From a virus, in the IMG/VR virus record IMGVR_UViG_3300000116_000001, positions 1 through 36,779 of that record: a stretch of DNA of 36,779 nucleotides. The stretch is one strand, 5' to 3'. Positions 8,368 through 18,106 of the stretch are shown here, piece after piece. Under the pieces are notes generated by a model that was not told where the DNA came from, made no database searches, and saw nothing but the letters and a program-made list of their open reading frames with translations. The translations under genes were made by a program, and so were the position numbers. The first letter of the stretch is position 1. The number at the start of each line of letters is the position of its first letter.

Positions 8368-11300
8368 TCTTCTATCCCATCCAACCACCAATTTTGGTTT
8401 GGAGAAGTAGACCAGTGTCTAATTTGGCTGTCTATATTGTCTCTATAATTTATAGCTTGTGCTTTATTTTGTAATAAAATATATTGGTCATCTGTAACTG
8501 CTTGCGCCATAGCTTCTGACTCACTTAAGAATACTCTCTTTCCATCTATAATTTTAATTTGTTGAACAGCTATCCATCCTAAATCTGGATGCTTTTCAAT
8601 GTGTGTAAAGTTATACTCAGTTGTACCCGCATTAATTACATCCCCAGTGTTATTTATATAATCTTCTTTGAATTCATACGGAGGTAACTCAGAACTATAA
8701 AGATTTTCTAAATCTTGAATTACATTAAATTCTGGTCCAGAATTAGCTTGAAATCTTCTTGCTCCAGTATAAGACATTTTAGGATCATCCATGTCAAAAA
8801 ACTTACCTCCTCCAGTAAATCCCTCTATACTGTCTTCTATTTCTTCTGCAAACTGACTACTAGTTAAGTATGTTAATCCTAAAACTATTCCTCCTTTTAA
8901 AAAACTTCCTTTAGTAAACTTAAGTCTTTTTTCTTTTATGTACTCTAAAGTTTTTCTAACATATTTCCCGCCCCATTTATCAGGAATTTTAGATGGAACA
9001 GCTTTATCAGGCGCACCAAGATATTTGTTTATTAATCCACCAGTTATAAATGCACCAAATCCCTCGCCCATTGTTACTTCTCCATCTGGCATAATTTTAT
9101 TTATACCATGAAAGTGTTGGTCCCATTCTCTTCTTGCCCAGTATTCCCAACTACCCAGCCAATCTTGTTTATCGTTTTGTGGATTATGGTCAGATTCTGC
9201 TTGAGTTAAATCTTTGATAAATGACCTAAAAACATTATTTCCAGAAACAACATTTCTGTAAGCTGGCTTATAGTATGGAGCTAAATCTAACTCTGCTCTA
9301 CGCCCATTCTTACCTAAAACATAATCAAAGTCTCCATCATCATTTACTTTTACTACGTTATAACGTTGGTATTGTTCATTGATTCCAATAGGAATTAATT
9401 TAATTCTTCTTCCAAATTCATTGTTTACAAAGTCTTCTACTGTGTCGTATTTAGTTTCTGTTGTCCATCTTTTAAGTAAAGGATCGGCATTAAATAAAAG
9501 CAATAAAGGTTCTTTAACCCAATCTAAATTCCATTTTGCCTCTGGGTCCCAAATTGTTTTTTGAGTTTCTGGAATATATTTTTGAGGAGGCAAAGCAAAT
9601 TGTGACAACGCTTCTGAATTTTTTATAACACCATCGTAGTACAAAGGATTGCTAACGTTTTGGCTAGCACCAATAACATATTCACTTTTAGTTAATTGAT
9701 GTTTATATAGTTTATTTTTTTCAATATCGTAAATATAATCTTCTACATCAAAATTTTTAATATTTACTCTTGAAACTTCACTCGTTCTTATTTTTCTAAA
9801 AAATCTTTTAGCTTCACTTCTTGCTCTTTCTCTAGTATTCCCGCCAAATCTATCATTGTAATAATCAACAAATTCTTTTTCTAGGTCAACATATTTAGTA
9901 TAATCTGTTCCTAATAATCCTAAAGCAGAATCTACTGACATTATTTCTCCTCTTTTTTCTTTAGTAAAAGTTTCAGAAAATTCATTTAAAGTAAAAGTTC
10001 CATTATCTAAACCTCGTATCATTCTTGTTAACCAAGTTCCAGTATCATCACCATAATGCACTAACAACATGTTTTGTTCTTGACCAGCGCCATCTGTATA
10101 TTTTGACAATCTTCCTAAATATCCTGAGTTATACAAATAAGAAATTCTTTCTGTATCAAAAGTATTAAAGCTAGCCATGTGTTCTTTTCTTATTGTAGGG
10201 TGCATTTGCCCGCCAGCAGTTGCAACAAATATTTGATACTCCATATCATTTGGTGCTTCTTGAATTGTAAGATTTCTTTCATGTCTTTGATTATAAACAT
10301 CAATCAAAGCTTGATTATTATTCGGGTTAAATTTTTCCATGTCAGAATCAGAAAGTTTTGCATTAGAGGTATTAGCAAGTATATTGCCTATTATTCTAGA
10401 GCCAATACTTGCTGACTCAACCTTGCTATCAAAAACTTGCATCATGTTTTTTAAATAAGATACTTTGTTTTTTAATTCTGTTCCTATTGCGTCTTGTAAC
10501 TCTGGATCATCAAAAGTTTTATTAAAAAGTTCTGCTGTTAATTGTTGAGTTTCTCCAGCTCCTTCCCCAAAAAAAATATGAACAGGCATACTTTGTACAT
10601 TTGGAGCTTTAGATAAAAGCATAATCATGTTTTCTGTATTAAGAAGTTCTCTTTGTATATCTTGATATGAAGCAGTACTGTAATTTTGTAACTGTAATTT
10701 GTTTATTAAATTAAATCCAGATACTAAATTATTAATTCTTCTTACATTGTCAGGTCCTTTTATAATTGCTTTTCTTATATTTAAATCAGATCCTTCTCTA
10801 TTAAGTTCTTTTAAATCTAAAGTTAACTTATTTACAAGTTCATTGTCGTTAATTTTTGCAGCATTAAATATTTTGTCTTGCAAAATTTTATCATGCACAT
10901 CCCAGGTATCCGATGCTCTTTTATGTTGTTCGGCTAAATGTACATTTTGTACTCTTGAGCCTCTTGAGATAATTTTTTTTTCAGCATCTGCTCTTAATTC
11001 ATTTGCTATAGTTGGATCAATGTTTTCATATATAAGTGAATGTTTTGCTGATGCTATTGTTGCAAATTCTTCCATTGTTCCAAACTCTGACTCTACTCTA
11101 TTAGCTTCATCTTCTGTAATTTTTAATAAATCATTTGATAAATTTGCAGTGTAGTCTCTAGCCAATTGTTTTTTGTAAGCCTTTAAACCTGAATCTCCAC
11201 GTATTCTTTGTTCCACAGGATATATAAGACTTGTCATTTGAGTAGATATAGTTTCCCCATCAACAATTTTAGATACATTTTTTTTACCATATTGTAATTG

Positions 11301-11501
11301 TTTGGCAAGACTTGTTCCCTCATTTATGTTTTGAGCTTTCAAGTTATCAACAACCATAGTATTAAACTCAGAACCTAAAGCTGAGTAAAGCTTAGATTTG
11401 CTTAATTCATTTTGTGCAGCAACAAGGTTTCCTTTATTATTTCCAACAGAAATTTTGCTTGTATAATCAACTTGTTGTTTATAAGGAGTTACTTTTGCCA
11501 T
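8364..11501 (-). CDS. Internal virion / ejection protein (T7 gp15 position)
   Basis: 1045-aa ORF between the gp14-position and gp16-position genes, tightly packed with its neighbours. No catalytic motif recognised. The call rests on synteny and size. Confidence 0.6.
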   Translation of the reverse strand: MAKVTPYKQQVDYTSKISVGNNKGNLVAAQNELSKSKLYSALGSEFNTMVVDNLKAQNINEGTSLAKQLQYGKKNVSKIVDGETISTQMTSLIYPVEQRIRGDSGLKAYKKQLARDYTANLSNDLLKITEDEANRVESEFGTMEEFATIASAKHSLIYENIDPTIANELRADAEKKIISRGSRVQNVHLAEQHKRASDTWDVHDKILQDKIFNAAKINDNELVNKLTLDLKELNREGSDLNIRKAIIKGPDNVRRINNLVSGFNLINKLQLQNYSTASYQDIQRELLNTENMIMLLSKAPNVQSMPVHIFFGEGAGETQQLTAELFNKTFDDPELQDAIGTELKNKVSYLKNMMQVFDSKVESASIGSRIIGNILANTSNAKLSDSDMEKFNPNNNQALIDVYNQRHERNLTIQEAPNDMEYQIFVATAGGQMHPTIRKEHMASFNTFDTERISYLYNSGYLGRLSKYTDGAGQEQNMLLVHYGDDTGTWLTRMIRGLDNGTFTLNEFSETFTKEKRGEIMSVDSALGLLGTDYTKYVDLEKEFVDYYNDRFGGNTRERARSEAKRFFRKIRTSEVSRVNIKNFDVEDYIYDIEKNKLYKHQLTKSEYVIGASQNVSNPLYYDGVIKNSEALSQFALPPQKYIPETQKTIWDPEAKWNLDWVKEPLLLLFNADPLLKRWTTETKYDTVEDFVNNEFGRRIKLIPIGINEQYQRYNVVKVNDDGDFDYVLGKNGRRAELDLAPYYKPAYRNVVSGNNVFRSFIKDLTQAESDHNPQNDKQDWLGSWEYWARREWDQHFHGINKIMPDGEVTMGEGFGAFITGGLINKYLGAPDKAVPSKIPDKWGGKYVRKTLEYIKEKRLKFTKGSFLKGGIVLGLTYLTSSQFAEEIEDSIEGFTGGGKFFDMDDPKMSYTGARRFQANSGPEFNVIQDLENLYSSELPPYEFKEDYINNTGDVINAGTTEYNFTHIEKHPDLGWIAVQQIKIIDGKRVFLSESEAMAQAVTDDQYILLQNKAQAINYRDNIDSQIRHWSTSPNQNWWLDGIEE

Positions 11502-11504
11502 TAT

Positions 11505-12257
11505 CTATACCTCTGTTTCGTAAAGTTTTTTAGTTCCTACTTGGCTTGCAGTATATTGTTTTGTTTCATCGTATATCTTTTTAGCATCATCAAAGAGAGT
11601 TTTAACACCAGCTACTTTTACAGTAAACTTAGCGTCTTCAAAAGAATTTGACGCTACCATTGCGCTTTGTGATTCAAATAAATTGTTCATGTAATTGCTC
11701 ATTCCTATCCCTCTTAACGCAGCTGAGTCTGCTTTATAGTTTTTACTACTAGCAGTAGCTATTGCTTCATAAGACATGCTACTAGGATCTATTCCTGTCC
11801 CAGATATTGTTGCTTCAAATGTAGCTAGTTTAGTAAGGTAATCTTCTGCTATTGCATTTTGTTTTAATTTTTGAGCTAAATCTTCCTCTTCTCTTTCTAT
11901 TTTTAATTCTTTTATTTTTTGTTGTTCTGCTCGTTTTTGATAATCTAAGGCTCGCAACTGTGAATCTGATGCAACTTTATTACTGTACATGTTTAAACCT
12001 GTGCCAACTGCGTTCATAACTCCTACACCAGAAACATAAGAACCAACTGCACTTGCTGCAGCAGTTCCATAACCAGCCGCTGTTGCTGCCAATCCTCCAG
12101 CTAATTTTCCATAAGTAGAAGAGTAGTTAAAAAGAGTAGCGGTGTTTACCATTGCTACGCCAACAGAAGAAACTGCCGCATAAGATGAAGCTGCCATTGC
12201 TCCACCAGCATAAGACATTGCTGCCGATGTTGCCGCCATTGTTACTGGATCACACAT
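11505..12257 (-). CDS. Internal virion protein (T7 gp14 position), Ala/Gly-rich hydrophobic N-terminal half
   Basis: 250 aa. The start overlaps the tail-tube B stop by 1 nt. The N-terminal ~100 aa are A/G/S/V-rich (MAATSAAMSYAGGAMAASSYAAVSSVGVAM...), followed by a charged coiled-coil-like stretch (QKRAEQQKIKELKIEREEEDLAQKLKQ). Confidence 0.55.
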   Translation of the reverse strand: MCDPVTMAATSAAMSYAGGAMAASSYAAVSSVGVAMVNTATLFNYSSTYGKLAGGLAATAAGYGTAAASAVGSYVSGVGVMNAVGTGLNMYSNKVASDSQLRALDYQKRAEQQKIKELKIEREEEDLAQKLKQNAIAEDYLTKLATFEATISGTGIDPSSMSYEAIATASSKNYKADSAALRGIGMSNYMNNLFESQSAMVASNSFEDAKFTVKVAGVKTLFDDAKKIYDETKQYTASQVGTKKLYETEV

Positions 12258-14743
12258 TAGTAATAAATCTCCTCTGTTATCGTTAATATTCTAAGCGGTA
12301 AAGGTGCAGATTGAGTAACTTCAATAAAAGGATTTGTGTTATATCCTAAAAAATGTACTTCTTTTTGACCTGTAAAAGCTGTTAATCCTGTTGATGTATC
12401 TAAATCAGATACACTGTTTACATAAACATCCATTGTGTTTACCTTTATATTATAAGTATTAGACAAAGTAAATATAGCTTTAGCTATTTTCCTAGGCGAA
12501 GCTGTAAGCGTAGCTACCGATCCAGATGATTTTACTTGAACATCTGTAGGCATAGTATGAACAGTAATGTCATAATTTAATCCTATATCTATAGCTGATG
12601 TTGGCTCAGTAAAAACAACAACGCCGCTACTATTTACTACACCGCTTCCATAATAATTAATATTAGTAGCTCCCTCCGTGGAGCCTGATGTTCCGTGTAC
12701 TGTTAATCCTCTCATGTCAGGAGCTGAATTTAATCCAGACCATGTTCTAGAAGAAGTAAAAGTAAGAGCAACATCGTTCGCTGTACTCTTTGCAGCGTTA
12801 ACTGTAATCGAATATTCACCAGAGTTTGAAGTAGCTGATACTGCATTAACTGTATAAACAGTAGCATTACCAGCAAATGTAAACTTTTCTCCTATTTGTG
12901 GAGCTGATGTCATTCCATTAACGATAACATTGGTGGAGCTACTCGTTGTGCCGTTGGTCAAGGGGGACCCATGGGGCTGGTAGCTCCCAGACAATGACTT
13001 AGTCACTGTCATGTCTGTTGGTATGTCAAAAGAAGTTGTTGCAAATTGTTCTAAATAATAAACAGTTGCTGAATTTATTGTTCTTTTTACTGATACATAA
13101 ACATTACTTGTAGTACAGGCTACTGATTCTATTTCTCCATTAGTTGTCCAAAGCATCCATCCAAATACTTTTTGCGCTCTTTGTGCAGAAAATACAGCTA
13201 GGCTACCATCACCACTATTTACTACAAAGTAAAGTTGCTCTGTTCTTCCTGGCAAAGAATCTATTGTTGCAGTATCAGTAGGTATATTAAATAAATGAGA
13301 CGCTAGAACATTAATCAAAGCAGACTGATAAGCTTCTGAATTTGGATCGTATAAGTATTCTCTTATATTAACTCCATTGTTTTGTATAAAATTAGTTGTA
13401 CCATTGTATGACCTAGGCATTCCTTTCTGTTGAGTTCCATAAGTAGACTGCTGTGTTATCTGTATATCTGATGGAGTTATTGGTTTACCAATAGGAGGCT
13501 TTAAATAAAACTCACCTCTACTTGTTAAGATTTCTACGTTTGCATTAGAAACTAAATGTCTTATTTCGTTAGTTTGATTAGAAGCTATTTGTATTTGAAC
13601 AGACTCATTATCTAACCCCTCTCCTACATCAAAATTAAAAAATTGTCCTACTTTACTAGCTTGAATACCATCTGGTAAATCAGTTACTCCGCCAAAAAAT
13701 AGTCTTTGTTCGTGAAAACATATTGCTTTTGGATATCCGTGTACTGGTGAAAATACTTGTTCATCCCAATTTCTAGTAGGTGGGTGTCCAGATATAGTTA
13801 CTCTAACACCACCGCCATCTACTGATTCTGTTGCTGAATCACTACCATCTGTTGTAAACGAATAATGATTGTCATCTACTGTTGTAATTGTTTTTGCTCC
13901 ATTTAATGCACCAAAAGCAATACCCGCTCCATCAACATCATTGATAGAATCTGCTCCAGCAATAGTTATAGAAGCTCCTGTGCTAAACCCATGGGCTACA
14001 TGAGTCACAACAACAACCGCTGTTCCAGCTGAAGTTGCAAATGGATCTTCATCTAACTCCATTATAGGAACTTGTTTAAGAGTGCCTACTGCTGTAGTAG
14101 CGTTTGTACGAGCTGTAATAAGCAATTCTGCTCCCATGTAACGTACTATGGTACCAACATGGTCTGTGGTCCAATAATCAGCAGAAGTGGTTAATGTGAC
14201 GTTTGTATCACCTTTTGTTACAGAATTTATATCTAGGGTAATTGTGTCATTAGCAAATTTAAAATAAGGTTGATATGTTTTTTCCCCATTAACACTTGAG
14301 TCAAAACTAAAACTAGATTTTACAAAAGATGAAGCTCCTGTTCTAGTAATAACAGTAGGCTCAAAACCTTCATGAACAATAATCATTACATCTTTTTTTT
14401 GTGAAAAACTTAATTCATATAATGATGACGTAATCCAAGGACAAGAAGTAATTGTTTGTAATAATGTTCCATTAGTTGAGTATATTTTTAAAGCTGTATT
14501 TTGAAACGCAAAGATATACTCTTGCGTACCGCTAAATATAAAAGGCTCAATTCTTGAAACCGCTCCTAAATCTGCTCTAAAATAACTTCCTGGTCTTCTC
14601 TCTACAGATCCTTGATTTCTACATATTACGTTTCTAGCTTTCTGTAATCCATCTCCATAAGCAGACTGGTCATTTCTAGCTATAAGTTTTGGATCAAGTT
14701 CACCTGAATGAAAAGAAGATAAGTGTCTTCGTGTTATTCCCAT
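12257..14743 (-). CDS. Tail tubular protein B / nozzle (T7 gp12-like)
   Basis: 828 aa. The N-terminus GITRRHLSSFHSGELDPKLIARNDQSAYGDGLQKARNVICRNQGSVERRPG matches the conserved start of podovirus tube B proteins as I recall it. It lies directly downstream of tube A. Confidence 0.8.
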   Translation of the reverse strand: MGITRRHLSSFHSGELDPKLIARNDQSAYGDGLQKARNVICRNQGSVERRPGSYFRADLGAVSRIEPFIFSGTQEYIFAFQNTALKIYSTNGTLLQTITSCPWITSSLYELSFSQKKDVMIIVHEGFEPTVITRTGASSFVKSSFSFDSSVNGEKTYQPYFKFANDTITLDINSVTKGDTNVTLTTSADYWTTDHVGTIVRYMGAELLITARTNATTAVGTLKQVPIMELDEDPFATSAGTAVVVVTHVAHGFSTGASITIAGADSINDVDGAGIAFGALNGAKTITTVDDNHYSFTTDGSDSATESVDGGGVRVTISGHPPTRNWDEQVFSPVHGYPKAICFHEQRLFFGGVTDLPDGIQASKVGQFFNFDVGEGLDNESVQIQIASNQTNEIRHLVSNANVEILTSRGEFYLKPPIGKPITPSDIQITQQSTYGTQQKGMPRSYNGTTNFIQNNGVNIREYLYDPNSEAYQSALINVLASHLFNIPTDTATIDSLPGRTEQLYFVVNSGDGSLAVFSAQRAQKVFGWMLWTTNGEIESVACTTSNVYVSVKRTINSATVYYLEQFATTSFDIPTDMTVTKSLSGSYQPHGSPLTNGTTSSSTNVIVNGMTSAPQIGEKFTFAGNATVYTVNAVSATSNSGEYSITVNAAKSTANDVALTFTSSRTWSGLNSAPDMRGLTVHGTSGSTEGATNINYYGSGVVNSSGVVVFTEPTSAIDIGLNYDITVHTMPTDVQVKSSGSVATLTASPRKIAKAIFTLSNTYNIKVNTMDVYVNSVSDLDTSTGLTAFTGQKEVHFLGYNTNPFIEVTQSAPLPLRILTITEEIYY

Positions 14744-14746
14744 TTA

Positions 14747-15355
14747 TTAACTAACAGTTGCTTTTATAGTTCCTAAAGCCCCTGAGTTCCTCCTATTTCT
14801 GAATCTAGTAGTATCTACTTTTCTTGTAGTTTGAGCTTGAGAATCTTGTGATTTAGCAAAAGCCATTTGAGTTATTGCTCTGTTTTGATATAAATTAGAT
14901 AGGCTATCGTTTCTTGCAATAGCTCCAGCAAATAAAGATGCAAGCTCAAATACTAATGCTTGTGTAAAATAGGGTGGAAAATTAGCTTCTGATGGTTGAA
15001 ATGTGTAATCAGCTACTACTACATCAGAAGTAGAAGCATCACATAAAACGTTATCTTCATAACGATCAAACTCAATAACGTTATCGTTAATAGTTAATGT
15101 GTTAATAATTAATGCTGTTGATGGTATTGCATATTTTGCTGACCATCTAGCTGTTGGTGCATCTGCATGTCTTGATAGTGTTGCTTGTTGTGTAGCAAAC
15201 CTCCATCTAGTTCTAGTCAACATGTTTTCTAATGCTAATTCATATAATTGTCCAGATACTAATGACTCTGTTGTGTTAGAAGTAAAGTCAGAGATAGTGT
15301 TAGCTCCTACTAGAACCAATGCTTTGCTACAAATTGTAAATTTACTTGCGCTCAT
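14747..15355 (-). CDS. Tail tubular protein A / gatekeeper (T7 gp11-like)
   Basis: 202 aa (T7 gp11 is of similar size). The N-terminus ICSKALVLVGANTISDFTSNTTESLVSGQLYELALENMLTRTRWRFA fits the gp11-family pattern. It lies between the capsid module and tube B. Confidence 0.75.
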   Translation of the reverse strand: MSASKFTICSKALVLVGANTISDFTSNTTESLVSGQLYELALENMLTRTRWRFATQQATLSRHADAPTARWSAKYAIPSTALIINTLTINDNVIEFDRYEDNVLCDASTSDVVVADYTFQPSEANFPPYFTQALVFELASLFAGAIARNDSLSNLYQNRAITQMAFAKSQDSQAQTTRKVDTTRFRNRRNSGALGTIKATVS

Positions 15356-15365
15356 ATCTTAAAGC

Positions 15366-15397
15366 GAAAGGGGAAACCCTGGAGAATCTCCCCTTTC
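15366..15397 (-). terminator. GC-rich stem-loop after the capsid gene pair (putative partial terminator, attenuator or mRNA stabiliser)
   Basis: Perfect 9-bp stem GAAAGGGGA (15366-15374) / TCCCCTTTC (15389-15397) with a 14-nt loop. On the minus-strand RNA it is followed by GCUUUAAGAU and then the ATG of tube A. It sits in the 49-nt gap between 15405 and 15355. Confidence 0.5.
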
Positions 15398-15404
15398 AGG
15401 AATG

Positions 15405-15653
15405 TTATGTTCCGTTAGTTGTTGTTACAGTTGCCGCTGCTGTTGCAGACGTTACAAATAATAAATCACCAGTTGCAGTACCACCTGTGGTACCTACAGC
15501 TAGGATAATATCAAATTGTTTTAAGTCTGCTGTGACACTACTAAAGTATCCAGAGCCAGCAATAGCTGACGGTGCATCAGTACTCTTGTAAATAAAGAGA
15601 TTTTGATCGCCCGCTCCAGCTATTTTTTTTAAGTTGATTGCTGCAAAAGCCAT
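15405..15653 (-). CDS. Small protein downstream of the capsid gene (possible head decoration or accessory protein)
   Basis: 82 aa with a strong SD (AAGGAGAAC) 12 nt after the capsid stop. The composition is Ala/Gly/Thr-rich and beta-type. The function is only a positional guess. Confidence 0.6.
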   Translation of the reverse strand: MAFAAINLKKIAGAGDQNLFIYKSTDAPSAIAGSGYFSSVTADLKQFDIILAVGTTGGTATGDLLFVTSATAAATVTTTNGT

Positions 15654-15665
15654 ATTATGTTCTCC

Positions 15666-16490
15666 TTATTCTCTTACGATACATTGTATCATACCATCGC
15701 CGTCAATTTCGACAGCTCCAGCACTAAAATACGATGTAATCAAGTTACTTACCTTTTCAGGTACGTAGTTAATTTCAGTTCTTACATCAGAACCAGTAGC
15801 CAAACCTAATGCACTTGAGTGATAGGCGTGACAATCTCTGTCTGCTGACGCAAGGGTTAATCCAGAATGAGTAAAGAATGTAAATCCTAACCATTTCTTA
15901 GCAGTCATCCCGCCAGCAAATGGAAGATCCGCTTCCCCTACATATTCTGCTCTACTGAACTGGTCGATTTGCAATAAATCTGCCCATCCAGCTGGTGATA
16001 CAACAAAGTATCTTTGTCCATCATCTGGTATGTCAGCTTCTCCAAACGTTTCGTACACTGTTAAAGCTTTAGCTAGTGTTAAACCAGCTGAGCCGTGTGC
16101 GATGTTTGCAGCGTTACCGCCACCATCAAGAACATCAATAATTAATTGATCCATTTTACGTCCTAAAGCAGCCGCAGCAGATTGTGCTAACACTTGTCTT
16201 TCATCAATGTTAGTTTTTAGTTCATCCAATGTGTCGACATAGTCGGCAGCATAGAAATCAGCTAAAGTAACATCAACAGTTGAATGTGCTATTTCCATAG
16301 TGTTGACTTGCCCATGTCTAGATTTAGTAGACGCTGAACCTTTGCCAACTTTTTGGAATCTTGCTTGGTTGCCAGTAACGTTATTTGATTGACGTATAGT
16401 ATTACGCAGTTTGCTTCCCATCCTCTGATAAGCCATGTGGACTTCGGCTTCAAACTGCTTAATAAACGCCGTTGAAATTTGCGTTGCCAT
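15666..16490 (-). CDS. Major capsid protein
   Basis: 274 aa with an AGGAG SD. The N-terminus MATQISTAFIKQFEAEVHMAYQRMGSKLRNTIR is typical of podovirus HK97-fold capsid proteins as I recall them. It follows portal and scaffold and is followed by a hairpin. Confidence 0.8.
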   Translation of the reverse strand: MATQISTAFIKQFEAEVHMAYQRMGSKLRNTIRQSNNVTGNQARFQKVGKGSASTKSRHGQVNTMEIAHSTVDVTLADFYAADYVDTLDELKTNIDERQVLAQSAAAALGRKMDQLIIDVLDGGGNAANIAHGSAGLTLAKALTVYETFGEADIPDDGQRYFVVSPAGWADLLQIDQFSRAEYVGEADLPFAGGMTAKKWLGFTFFTHSGLTLASADRDCHAYHSSALGLATGSDVRTEINYVPEKVSNLITSYFSAGAVEIDGDGMIQCIVRE

Positions 16491-16514
16491 ATTAAGCTCC
16501 TATTAAAAGTTAAT

Positions 16515-17060
16515 TTAACAGTTGTCCACTTTCAGCTTTTCATCGGTTGCCCAAACTGGACCGAGATCATCTAAAACGGGCTGTATGTTTTTAGATACGC
16601 CCTGTATCTTCTTATAAAAATACAATACTTCGTTACCTTTTACAACTAATGGTTCACTATTAAAGCTAAAACCTAACCATTTTAACCATTTAATGTTTGT
16701 TTTATGCTCAATAGTTATATAATTAGCCACATATTCGTAGTCTGATAGAAAATAATTAGCCCATTTTTTGGTACGTTTAGTAAAATATTTCCAATGTTTA
16801 TCTAATTCTTCCGAAGATAACATCCACACAGTTCCATGTTTAAGGTTATGTGGGTTAGAAACTACACCAAACATTGCTACTACATTGCCATCATCAAGAA
16901 CTGTATAAGTGTTAACGCCTTTTCTTGTGTATCTAAAAGGCAAAACTAATACTTCTAAAGGTGTGTTACCCATAGCACACACCTCGTAATTATCCATTGG
17001 TCGTAGCTTAAAAGCTAAATCAAAAGCATGATTTGGTATAGCTTTTTCTACATAAAGCAC
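16515..17060 (-). CDS. Hypothetical protein between scaffold and capsid (possible acyltransferase-like fold, T7 gp13/DUF2833-like)
   Basis: 181 aa, overlapping the scaffold stop by 1 nt. The motif run GTVWMLSS...KWANYFLSDYEYVANYI...NIKWLKWLGFSF reminds me of DUF2833/GNAT-like phage proteins. This is unverified. Confidence 0.55.
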   Translation of the reverse strand: MLYVEKAIPNHAFDLAFKLRPMDNYEVCAMGNTPLEVLVLPFRYTRKGVNTYTVLDDGNVVAMFGVVSNPHNLKHGTVWMLSSEELDKHWKYFTKRTKKWANYFLSDYEYVANYITIEHKTNIKWLKWLGFSFNSEPLVVKGNEVLYFYKKIQGVSKNIQPVLDDLGPVWATDEKLKVDNC

Positions 17061-17818
17061 TAGACCTTGCCAGCATTATTCAGTCTTTGCCAAGCAGAAT
17101 CTACCTGTGCAACATAAGATGGATCTCTGTCTTTGTTACTATAATACCTCTTGTCGTTCATCATTGTTTTTACATCAGCTACCGTAAGCTCATGCTCTGG
17201 TTGAGCAACTTCTGCCGATCTACCTACTCTAGATTTTTGCATTTCCATTATTCTTTCTAGAGCAGAAACACCTAACGCACTAGTACCTAAAGTAGAAGCA
17301 ATTAATTCCATTTCTTCTGGAGGAAAATTAGCCTGTGCAAATCCAGTAACAGCATTAATTCTGTCTTGACTGTTTTCTCCTAGCTTAGACATTTCTTCTT
17401 CTATGTTAGGAGCAGAACCCATAATAGTATCTATCCATGTGTTAATTCCCTCTTCATACATCTCTTGAGGTAAGCCAAGTTCCTTGCATTTACCACCCCA
17501 CCACTCAGTCATTGGATTAGAATTAACCATTTCTTCGGTTATACCCTCTACTAACTTAGGTAAAACATATTCTTCTGGCAAACCCTCTGATGCTTCTGTT
17601 TCTAATTCCGACAATATACTTTCTCTCATTTCTTCTTGTTTACCTGTAGCAAACTTCTCAAGATTGTTATATGACTTAGCTAAATCATCTAAGTTAACTT
17701 GTCCTTCTTCAGCATTCCAAAACTTTTCTGGTATATAGTCTGGTCTTTCTGATGTAACTACTGGTGCTTCACGTGAAACATTTTCTTCTACTGCTTCTGT
17801 TGCTTGCTCTTCACTCAT
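17060..17818 (-). CDS. Scaffolding protein (putative)
   Basis: 252 aa, very acidic and predicted helical (SEEQATEAVEENVSREAP..., EEMRESILSELETEASEGLPEE). It sits between portal and capsid. Confidence 0.6.
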   Translation of the reverse strand: MSEEQATEAVEENVSREAPVVTSERPDYIPEKFWNAEEGQVNLDDLAKSYNNLEKFATGKQEEMRESILSELETEASEGLPEEYVLPKLVEGITEEMVNSNPMTEWWGGKCKELGLPQEMYEEGINTWIDTIMGSAPNIEEEMSKLGENSQDRINAVTGFAQANFPPEEMELIASTLGTSALGVSALERIMEMQKSRVGRSAEVAQPEHELTVADVKTMMNDKRYYSNKDRDPSYVAQVDSAWQRLNNAGKV

Positions 17819-18098
17819 TTGTATTCTCCTTAACTAATTTTTGGCTAGCGCCTTTATTTGATCTTCTTTGTATTAATCCCACTAAATATCTTTGCCCCTC
17901 TAAATGTCGTAGATGTTGGTCTGTTATTTCAGGACCAGCTACAGCTTCTAGTGTTAGGGCTTTAAGATGTTTAAGAACGTGAGCGCCACCTTGAGTAGTA
18001 AACAAGGCGTTAAACAAAGCATTTAAGTTCTCCTCATCTTCTGGTTTACGTTTTATTCCGTCTAAACCAATAAGCGTATTGGGCTTTTTCTCTGCCAT
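17811..18098 (-). CDS. Small conserved head-module protein (Bbp19-like?)
   Basis: 95 aa directly after the portal gene. FNALFTTQGGAHVLKHLKALTL...HLEGQRYLVGLIQRR resembles the Bbp19-type family seen next to portals in BPP-1-like phages (from memory). Confidence 0.5.
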   Translation of the reverse strand: MAEKKPNTLIGLDGIKRKPEDEENLNALFNALFTTQGGAHVLKHLKALTLEAVAGPEITDQHLRHLEGQRYLVGLIQRRSNKGASQKLVKENTNE

Positions 18099-18106
18099 AA
18101 TGTCTC

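Noticed and set aside
10699-11154. 151-aa plus-strand ORF, plus other 60-106-aa plus-strand ORFs (3855, 4508, 5423, 6404, 6866, 7505, 7823, 9379, 10179, 11412) inside the ejection-protein genes.
   Set aside because: They are antisense to long, continuous minus-strand ORFs. Their products are Leu/Phe/Ser/Ile-rich, typical of the AT-rich antisense frame, and there is no RBS or operon logic.
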